In this document: piece by piece, positions 10,473-17,409 of the stretch
Layout of the letters: every line of letters starts with the position of its first letter
Numbering within the stretch: position 1 is the first letter of the stretch
NCBI GenBank assembly: GCA_035541295.1
Contig: DATKNP010000004.1
Coordinates: forward strand, 1-59,845
Source of the DNA: Minisyncoccota bacterium
GTDB lineage: Bacteria; Patescibacteriota; Minisyncoccia; Phycocordibacterales; UBA2100
Length of the DNA stretch: 59,845 nt
Reading direction: 5' to 3'
Notes under the pieces: model-generated
What the model saw: only the letters and a program-made list of their open reading frames with translations
What the model was told of the DNA's origin: nothing
The model's database searches: none
Translations under genes and position numbers: made by a program

Positions 10473-10481
10473 TGTGGATAA
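10473..10481 (-). promoter_or_regulatory. Perfect DnaA box (TTATCCACA on minus strand) in the nrdA/murD divergent spacer
   Basis: The plus strand reads TGTGGATAA at 10473-10481, 200 nt upstream of the nrdA ATG and ~150 nt upstream of the murD ATG. Confidence 0.4.
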
Positions 10482-10629
10482 CCCGACTCATACGATGGTA
10501 TCGAACGGTCTCTCAAAGTGTAGCTTTTCTAGTAATACATGTTGGAGTCAATATTATCTACGAATCAAAAATCAGAGATGTCAAACATCACCACTTCGGA
10601 AGAACCCAAATGTGGCATATAGTGGTGAG

Positions 10630-11964
10630 ATGAAAAATTTTTGTGAGCCGTTCGAAGCCAAAAAAGTAACCGTCATGGGTCTCGGGCTGCTCGGTCGTGG
10701 TGTTGGCGACGTCGAGTTTCTCGCGGCCTGTGGTGCTCGGGTACTCGTGACTGATACAAAGCGTGCGCATGAGCTCGCCGATTCTATAGAGAAGCTCAAA
10801 AAGTATCCAAACGTGTCGTTTCATCTTGGCGAACACAAGGAAGAAGACTTCACTCGATGCGATTTTATTCTCAAAGCGGCTGGAGTCCCGCTCAGCTCTC
10901 CGTTCATAGAAGCCGCACGGACAGCAGACGTGCCTGTCTACATGTCGACTGCACTTTTTGCCAACTATGCGATGCACGAGGGAGCCATGATTGTCGGTGT
11001 GACCGGCACGCGCGGCAAATCGACCGTGACGCAGATGATGTATGAAATACTAAAAACAAAAAACAAAGAAAATGTTCTCCTCGGCGGAAATGTTCGCGGC
11101 GTTTCCACACTTTCATTTTTGCCACAGGTGACGAAAGATACCATTGCGGTTCTCGAACTCGATTCATGGCAGCTGCAAGGCTTCGGCGATCTGAAAATCT
11201 CTCCGCAGATCGCGGTCTTTACCAATCTCATGCCGGATCATCAGAATTATTACAAGGATATGGATGAATATTTTGCTGACAAGGCGAATATTTTTCGATT
11301 CCAAATAGAAGGTGATGTGCTCGTATGCGGAAAGGGTATTGAAGAGAAAATAACCGCGGCAGCACCAAAGGTGCTGCCGCGCGTACCCACACCACTTCCG
11401 TCTGATTGGAAATTAAAAATCCCTGGCGAACATAACAGAGAGAATGCTGCACTTGCAGCGGAGGCACTCCGCACATTGAAAGTGTCCGAAGATGAAATTC
11501 GCGTTGGTCTCGAAAAATTCGAAGGTGTCGAGGGTCGTTTGCAATTAGCTGGTGAGGTCAATCACGTGAAAATTTATAACGACAACAATGCAACGACTCC
11601 TGAAGCAACGATCGCTGCACTCGAAGCACTTGACCCAGAAGGCCGACGAAATATCCTCCTCATCATAGGCGGTGCAGACAAAGGACTCGATATGTCTCAC
11701 TTGCAAAGAGCAATACAGATGCATTGTAAGAAAGTGTTGTTGCTTGCGGGGACAGGAACAGAAAAGATTCGCTCGTATGTTTCCGACGCAGTCTTTTTCG
11801 ATTCACTCAAATCAGCGTTTGACGCAGCACTCGCATCAGCGACTATGGACGACATCATTCTCTTCAGCCCCGCCTTCGCTTCATTCGGCATGTTCAAGAA
11901 TGAATATGAGCGGAATGATGAATTCGTGCGAATACTCACAGAAGTGTTGAAAAGAGATGTCTAA
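10630..11964 (+). CDS. murD: UDP-N-acetylmuramoylalanine--D-glutamate ligase
   Basis: The ORF-track ORF is 10384-11964. The start was moved to ATG 10630 (MKNFCEPFEAKKVTVMGLGLLGRGVGDVEFL = MurD Rossmann N-terminus). Mur ligase P-loop GVTGTRGKST. Confidence 0.9.
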   Translation: MKNFCEPFEAKKVTVMGLGLLGRGVGDVEFLAACGARVLVTDTKRAHELADSIEKLKKYPNVSFHLGEHKEEDFTRCDFILKAAGVPLSSPFIEAARTADVPVYMSTALFANYAMHEGAMIVGVTGTRGKSTVTQMMYEILKTKNKENVLLGGNVRGVSTLSFLPQVTKDTIAVLELDSWQLQGFGDLKISPQIAVFTNLMPDHQNYYKDMDEYFADKANIFRFQIEGDVLVCGKGIEEKITAAAPKVLPRVPTPLPSDWKLKIPGEHNRENAALAAEALRTLKVSEDEIRVGLEKFEGVEGRLQLAGEVNHVKIYNDNNATTPEATIAALEALDPEGRRNILLIIGGADKGLDMSHLQRAIQMHCKKVLLLAGTGTEKIRSYVSDAVFFDSLKSAFDAALASATMDDIILFSPAFASFGMFKNEYERNDEFVRILTEVLKRDV

Positions 11965-11970
11965 CAAAAA

Positions 11971-11990
11971 AGCACGTCCGAGAACGTGCT
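11971..11990 (+). terminator. Hairpin just after the murD stop (no T-run)
   Basis: agcacgt (11971-11977) / acgtgct (11984-11990), preceded by an A-run and not followed by a U-tract. Confidence 0.3.
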
Positions 11991-12196
11991 AAGTTGGGGG
12001 AATTGGATCAACCTCCTTTCGGCAACAAGAACACTTTGGAGTCTCTGGGGACTCTCGGTTCCTGTGTGGTAGGGGGATTTATATTCCAAAGATCTTCTCG
12101 GTGCCTCCTCTCAAAAGCCATTCCAATCCTATAACAAAAGGATTTTTTGGCAATGCGCACTTTGAGTATAGTGATGCACTTACGCTATTTACTGTG

Positions 12197-12202
12197 TATA
12201 GT
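12197..12202 (+). promoter_or_regulatory. -10-like TATAGT placed 7 nt before the murC ATG (leaderless-type arrangement)
   Basis: gtgTATAGTtagttttATG. The same gtgTATAGTt string recurs 6 nt before ATG 46200. A second TATAGT lies at 12167-12172. Confidence 0.3.
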
Positions 12203-12209
12203 TAGTTTT

Positions 12210-13490
12210 ATGGAAGTCCCGAAAAACATTTACATGACCGGCATCGGCGGGATCGGGATGTCGGCGCTCGCGCAAATGCTGCATGCGCAAGGCAAAACGG
12301 TTGCTGGCTCCGATCGCGAAGAATCACCGACGACAGAACTCTTAACCTCGAAGGGGATTCACGTCGATATCGATCAAGCTGCAGGAAATATTCCGGAGGG
12401 CACGGGACTTTTGATTTATAGCGATGCTGTTCCCGAATCGAATCCAGAACGCATGCGCGCGAAAGAACTTGGCATCGAGGAACTGTCGTACTTCGAAGCG
12501 CTCGGCGAAGTCTCATATGGAATGAAGACGATCGCGGTGACCGGAACCCACGGAAAGACCACGACGACCGGCATGCTCACAAAGATTTTACAGACGGCAG
12601 GGAAAGAGCCGACGGCTATCATCGGCTCGATCGTGCGTGATTTTGAATCAAACTTCTTAGCTGGTTCGGATGATCTACTTATCGTTGAGGCCTGCGAGTA
12701 CCGCGATCATGTCTTGAAACTCTCACCACAGATTCTCGTCATTACCAATATCGAATGGGATCACACTGATTATTTCCCAACACTCGATGCGCTCGTCGAG
12801 ACGTTTCGCACGGCGGCGCACAAGGTTCCACACGATGGGTACATTGTGACGAACCCCGCAGGATCCAACATCGCTCGTGTCCTTGCAGGTGCACAAGCGC
12901 ACATCATTGATTACACGCAAGAGGAAGTGCCGACGCTTTCACAAATCGGCGAATTTAATCGCGAAAACGCGCGGGCGGCCGCTGCGGCCGCCCGCAGCGT
13001 ATTTCCTGATATACAACAGGGCACCATCGATCGCGCACTCCTCGACTTCAAAGGTTCGTGGCGGCGCTTCGAATACAAAGGTGAGACGCCATTGGGTGCG
13101 CTCGTGTACGATGATTATGCACATCATCCGACGGCGATCGAAAAGACGCTCGAAGCGGTGCGCGCGAAATTTCCCGACAAGAAAATTGTGGTCGCATTCC
13201 ACGCACACCTCTATTCCCGCACGAAATCATTCTTGAAAGAATTCGCTCGAGCGCTGGCCAAAGCTGATCGTTCCATCATCGCGCCGATTTATGCAGCGCG
13301 TGAGCCGAACGATCCGAGTGTGTCCAACCAGATCATCGCTGAAGAAATCCATGCAGTCGGCGGCCTCTCGCTCGCGCTCGATTCATTCGACGAGATTCGT
13401 GACGAATTATTGAAGCTCGATTCCTCGCATCTCATCATCACGATGGGTGCGGGGGATATTTATAAGGTGGCTGATCAGATCGCGGATTGA
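12210..13490 (+). CDS. murC: UDP-N-acetylmuramate--L-alanine ligase
   Basis: The ORF-track ORF is 12147-13490. The start was moved to ATG 12210 (MEVPKNIYMTGIGGIGMSALAQML). P-loop GTHGKTTTT. DYAHHP motif. Confidence 0.9.
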   Translation: MEVPKNIYMTGIGGIGMSALAQMLHAQGKTVAGSDREESPTTELLTSKGIHVDIDQAAGNIPEGTGLLIYSDAVPESNPERMRAKELGIEELSYFEALGEVSYGMKTIAVTGTHGKTTTTGMLTKILQTAGKEPTAIIGSIVRDFESNFLAGSDDLLIVEACEYRDHVLKLSPQILVITNIEWDHTDYFPTLDALVETFRTAAHKVPHDGYIVTNPAGSNIARVLAGAQAHIIDYTQEEVPTLSQIGEFNRENARAAAAAARSVFPDIQQGTIDRALLDFKGSWRRFEYKGETPLGALVYDDYAHHPTAIEKTLEAVRAKFPDKKIVVAFHAHLYSRTKSFLKEFARALAKADRSIIAPIYAAREPNDPSVSNQIIAEEIHAVGGLSLALDSFDEIRDELLKLDSSHLIITMGAGDIYKVADQIAD

Positions 13491-13491
13491 T

Positions 13492-13575
13492 ATGGGAACT
13501 CTTTCAATAGTCGCAACGCCGATAGGCAACGTGGAGGATATTACGCCGCATATTCAAGCAATAGCTACCCGATAG
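13492..13575 (+). pseudogene. Orphan 5' stub of an rsmI-type gene (27 codons, then stop)
   Basis: MGTLSIVATPIGNVEDITPHIQAIATR*. Codons 2-18 match the intact rsmI at 14200-14250 in 40 of 51 nt and 15 of 17 aa (hand-counted). Confidence 0.6.
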
Positions 13576-13577
13576 AT

Positions 13578-14102
13578 ATGCGCTATAGTGTTCGAACGCA
13601 TATGTCGCGGAAGCAGAACAATTATGCCTTCATCGATGGCCAAAATACGCACAAGGGTGTGCAGAGTTTGGGTTGGAAAATCGATTGGTTTCGTTTTCGG
13701 ATATATTTGCGAGAAAAGTATCACGTAGAGGTAGCATATGTGTTTATTGGATTTATGGTACAGCACAATGCGCTCTATGAGCATTTGCAAAAAGCTGGCT
13801 TTATCTTGAAGTTCAAGCCAGTGTTGCCTGATAGGAATGGTAAACCAAAAGGAAACGTCGATGCTGACCTTGTTCTGCAGGCGATGTTGGATTACAGCTC
13901 GTATGATCAAGCGGTGTTGGTATCGAGCGATGGTGACTTTTATTCACTTGTGGAGCATTGGTATTCGACCGACAAGCTAAAGATGGTGCTTAGTCCGTAT
14001 ATCAAGACATGTTCGACATTGTTGAAAAAGACCGCAAAAGAAAAGATAATTTATCTTGACACAGTACGCCCCAAGATTAGTCAAAAGAAAAGCACCGCTT
14101 AA
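13578..14102 (+). CDS. NYN-domain (LabA/DUF88-like) predicted RNase
   Basis: 174 aa. YAFIDGQN..., KGNVDADLVLQAM, and AVLVSSDGDFYSLV fit the NYN/PIN-like acidic motif pattern. Visibly more A+T-rich than its neighbours. Alternative start at ATG 13602. Confidence 0.7.
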   Translation: MRYSVRTHMSRKQNNYAFIDGQNTHKGVQSLGWKIDWFRFRIYLREKYHVEVAYVFIGFMVQHNALYEHLQKAGFILKFKPVLPDRNGKPKGNVDADLVLQAMLDYSSYDQAVLVSSDGDFYSLVEHWYSTDKLKMVLSPYIKTCSTLLKKTAKEKIIYLDTVRPKISQKKSTA

Positions 14103-14130
14103 GGACGAAACCTTAAGAGGTGCTTTTCAT

Positions 14131-14922
14131 ATGGATATAGAGAGTATGACAAATCAAAAAGAAAAGTCAATCGTTTCTAGAGATACACAAACTCTTATCG
14201 GAGTGCTTTCAATCGTCGCCACACCGATAGGCAATATAGAGGACATCACGCTACGTGCTTTGCGGACGCTGAAAGAGTGCAACGTAATTTATGCCGAAGA
14301 TACAAGGGTCATTTCGAAGTTGCTGGCGAAATATGAGATCAAGAAGCCGCTTCAACGATTGGATGCGGCGACAGAAATGAACAAGGCGAAAGAAATTATC
14401 GATCGCCTCGAGGCAGGGGAGCACGTCGCGTTTGTCTCCGATGCAGGCACGCCCGGGATATCTGATCCAGGAGCGAGACTTGTCGCTCGGGTAAGAGCGC
14501 ATAGCGCGGGAGAAGTCTTTTTCGCTTCCGGCTCGCAGTTCGGGTCGAAAAAGACTTCTCCCGCACCACTGATCATCGAGACAATCCCAGGACCATCGGC
14601 GTTGACCGCGGCGATATCAATCGCCGGCATCGATGAACCATCATTCACCTTTCTTGGATTCCTGCCGCACAAGAAGGGTCGCCAGACCATGCTTAAAGAG
14701 ATAGCGGCGAGTAAGCATCCGGTCGTCGTCTATGAATCTCCGCACCGAGTATTAAAACTCTTAGCCGAGCTTGCTGCGCACGGCATCACTCAAGTACACA
14801 TCGGACGTGAGCTCACGAAGATGCATGAAGAGATGCTTGTAGGCGAACCATTGGATCTCGCGAAGCGGCTCGAGGAAAAGGGGGGAGTACGAGGTGAATT
14901 CGTCCTTATAATAGGACGGTAA
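14131..14922 (+). CDS. rsmI: 16S rRNA (cytidine1402-2'-O)-methyltransferase
   Basis: LSIVATPIGNIEDITLRAL, VSDAGTPGISDPG, IPGPSA and FLGFLPHKKG motifs. The ORF-track start 14056 overlaps the NYN gene. ATG 14131/14146 or GTG 14203 are possible starts, which leaves the N-terminal ~24 aa uncertain. Confidence 0.85.
   Translation: MDIESMTNQKEKSIVSRDTQTLIGVLSIVATPIGNIEDITLRALRTLKECNVIYAEDTRVISKLLAKYEIKKPLQRLDAATEMNKAKEIIDRLEAGEHVAFVSDAGTPGISDPGARLVARVRAHSAGEVFFASGSQFGSKKTSPAPLIIETIPGPSALTAAISIAGIDEPSFTFLGFLPHKKGRQTMLKEIAASKHPVVVYESPHRVLKLLAELAAHGITQVHIGRELTKMHEEMLVGEPLDLAKRLEEKGGVRGEFVLIIGR
14506..14564. repeat. 59-nt perfect-arm palindrome inserted in frame inside rsmI
   Basis: The left arm gcgggagaagtcttttt (14506-14522) is the exact reverse complement of the right arm aaaaagacttctcccgc (14548-14564), with a 25-nt spacer. 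It encodes an extra ~20 aa (AGEVFFASGSQFGSKKTSPA) between conserved RsmI blocks. Confidence 0.85.
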
Positions 14923-14984
14923 ACTGTGTTCGGTTTTCCGGAACGGGGCTTTCATTTATTTGTCAGTGCGGTAGACTTCTCGCT

Positions 14985-15260
14985 ATGACTTTAGATGCCC
15001 TTATCATGCTCGTGGGAGCGCTTGTTGCGGTGATGCCACTCCTCGGCTTCCCCGTCGACATGAAGATGTGGATATTTTTTATATTGGGAGTCATCGTTGT
15101 TGGGCTCGGTATTGCGGTACGTCGTCGTGGAGCGCGACAGCAGCACGCACCGAAGCGCAAGGGAGAGTTCGTCGAGAGTACACCGTCGAATGCTATGCAC
15201 CACGATCCTGAAAATCAATTTGATCATGTGCGCACGTCAGCTAAATCGCGTATAGAATAA
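14985..15260 (+). CDS. Small two-TM membrane protein, hypothetical
   Basis: 91 aa. Two hydrophobic helices (LIMLVGALVAVMPLLGF, MWIFFILGVIVVGLGIAV), then a basic tail. Confidence 0.45.
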   Translation: MTLDALIMLVGALVAVMPLLGFPVDMKMWIFFILGVIVVGLGIAVRRRGARQQHAPKRKGEFVESTPSNAMHHDPENQFDHVRTSAKSRIE

Positions 15261-15266
15261 AAATCT

Positions 15267-15536
15267 ATGGATGCAGAAACAAAAGAGATTCTCGAAGTTG
15301 TTAATTCCATCAAGGATAAGATGGTAACGAAAGACGAGTTACAGGAAGGACTCGATGGTCTGCGTACGGAATTGAAGGCAGATATCAAGGAAGTTGGTGA
15401 ACGAGTTCTCGCTGTCGAAAACCGACTCAGCGCCATGGATAATCGCATCGATGATGAAGCCGCGCGTCGAAAGGATCTTGAGAATCGGGTCCGCAACGTC
15501 CTACCGAAGCTTTCACCTGCGCCGGAGCGGGTTTGA
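15267..15536 (+). CDS. Small coiled-coil protein, hypothetical
   Basis: 89 aa with heptad-like charged sequence. Lies 6 nt after the previous stop. A paralogue-like ORF is at 51492-51767. Confidence 0.45.
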   Translation: MDAETKEILEVVNSIKDKMVTKDELQEGLDGLRTELKADIKEVGERVLAVENRLSAMDNRIDDEAARRKDLENRVRNVLPKLSPAPERV

Positions 15537-15564
15537 AGTCAAACTTACTGATATACTAGAGAGT

Positions 15565-17409
15565 ATGCATCCCGATGCACGCGACGATGATCGCCGCATC
15601 ACGTATTTTGCGGCGACACACACGCGCGGTAAACGCGAGATGTTTGGTATACGTGCCATCGACCGCGGTAAGCACGTCTATGTGATCGGCAAGACTGGTA
15701 TGGGCAAGTCGACCATGCTCGAGAACATGGCGATACAAGACATTCAGCACGGCGAAGGCATCGCCTTCATCGACCCGCACGGCTCGACTGCCGAGAAGCT
15801 CCTCGACTTCGTCCCGCATGACCGCATCAACGACGTCGTCTACTTCGCACCCTTCGATGTTGATCATCCACTCGGATTCAATGTGATGGAGGACGTTGGC
15901 TTCGAACATCGCCACCTCGTGGTCTCTGGCCTCATGGGAGCCTTCAAGCGCATCTGGGTCGATGCGTGGAGCGCGCGCATGGAATACATATTGCAAAACA
16001 CACTCTTAGCACTCCTCGAATATCCGGGCTCGACCTTAATCGACGTCAACCGAATGCTTACCAACAAAACGTTCCGTACTGCCGTCGTCGATAAAGTGAG
16101 CGACCCCATCGTAAAGGCGTTTTGGACTGAAGAATTTGCCGCGTTCACCGATACCTATACGCGCGAAGCGACACCCGCCATACAAAACAAAATCGGTGCG
16201 TTCGTTTCCAACCCGCTCATCCGCAACATCATCGGCCAGCCGACCTCCTCGTTCGATCTACGCACAATAATGGACGAGAAGAAAATATTCATCGTCAATC
16301 TTTCCAAAGGTCGCATGGGAGAGAGCAATGCGAGTCTCTTGGGATCGATGCTTACCGTGAAGATCTATCTCGCCGCGATGAGTCGCGCGGAAGAGCCCGC
16401 GAGCCGCATGGCGAAGCTCCCGCGCTGTTTCTTCTATGTCGATGAATTCCAATCGATGATGAATGAATCCTTCGCTGATATTCTTTCGGAGTCGCGCAAA
16501 TACAAACTCGCGCTCACACTTGCCAACCAGTACATCGAGCAGATGGACGAAGAAGTCCGCGATGCAGTCTTCGGCAACGTGGGGACACTCATCACCTTCC
16601 GCGTCGGTCCCTTCGATGCTGAGACCTTGAAGACGGTCTTCGAACCGACCTTCGAAGCAGAAGACATGGTGGGGCTTGGCATTGGACAGATTTATTTGAC
16701 CCTCATGATCGACGGTGTCGGTTCGGCACCCTTCTCAGCTGAGACAATTCCACCCATCGAGAAGCCGCATATTTCGTATCGCGAAGATGTCGTCACACAC
16801 TCGCGTGAGACCTATGGTCGCTCACGTGCCGAGGTCGAAGCAGTGATCGCAGCCAAGCAAAAAGAATTCATCCCACCGCCAGTACTCTCGAAGACCCAGA
16901 TACGTAAAATAGAAGGCAGTACCTATGGCTCGCGTCCTCGGGAAGTCGCCCCCTCGACACCGCCGATCGCGGTCACGCACGCCGCACGTACGACAAACAC
17001 ACCGATACCACCAGTGCCATCAAGCACCGATGCCTCACGGCCGACTGACCGATCGAGTGCTTCGGAAGTAGAGCAGCGTTCGGCATTACGCGCGGCGATC
17101 GAGAGCGCACGCAAACCCACTGCTCCCACACCGACTCCAGTTCGCTCGCCAGCAGATCTCTTGCGTGTGCGGATGCAGCAATCGTTTTCATCAGGAAATA
17201 ATCATCATGCACCGCAGTCTTCATCAAACTCATTTCGATCGAATGATTTCCGCACGGCGCGTCCGGCCAGTCCGCCGCGTGGGCGCGAGCAGCCGACGCC
17301 AGTGAGCGTCGATGAACCTAAAGAAGTGGGCACGGGAGAAGTCTCATCAGAAATCCTCAAACGTGTTATTAGTGGACAAGGGGGTCATGAAGAAGATTTG
17401 GATACATAA
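15565..17409 (+). CDS. VirD4/TraD/TrwB-like (type IV coupling protein-like) P-loop NTPase, no TM segment, disordered C-terminal tail
   Basis: The ORF-track ORF is 15394-17409. The start was moved to ATG 15565. Walker A VIGKTGMGKST, FIDPHG, Walker B-like CFFYVDEFQ, SRKYKLALTLANQY. The last ~150 aa are P/S/T/A-rich. Confidence 0.7.
   Translation: MHPDARDDDRRITYFAATHTRGKREMFGIRAIDRGKHVYVIGKTGMGKSTMLENMAIQDIQHGEGIAFIDPHGSTAEKLLDFVPHDRINDVVYFAPFDVDHPLGFNVMEDVGFEHRHLVVSGLMGAFKRIWVDAWSARMEYILQNTLLALLEYPGSTLIDVNRMLTNKTFRTAVVDKVSDPIVKAFWTEEFAAFTDTYTREATPAIQNKIGAFVSNPLIRNIIGQPTSSFDLRTIMDEKKIFIVNLSKGRMGESNASLLGSMLTVKIYLAAMSRAEEPASRMAKLPRCFFYVDEFQSMMNESFADILSESRKYKLALTLANQYIEQMDEEVRDAVFGNVGTLITFRVGPFDAETLKTVFEPTFEAEDMVGLGIGQIYLTLMIDGVGSAPFSAETIPPIEKPHISYREDVVTHSRETYGRSRAEVEAVIAAKQKEFIPPPVLSKTQIRKIEGSTYGSRPREVAPSTPPIAVTHAARTTNTPIPPVPSSTDASRPTDRSSASEVEQRSALRAAIESARKPTAPTPTPVRSPADLLRVRMQQSFSSGNNHHAPQSSSNSFRSNDFRTARPASPPRGREQPTPVSVDEPKEVGTGEVSSEILKRVISGQGGHEEDLDT

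Noticed and set aside
17334-17344. An 11-nt match (gggagaagtct) to the arm of the rsmI palindrome, considered as a second copy of the element
   Set aside because: There is no inverted partner nearby, and it lies in ordinary coding sequence of the ATPase tail. It is compatible with chance.
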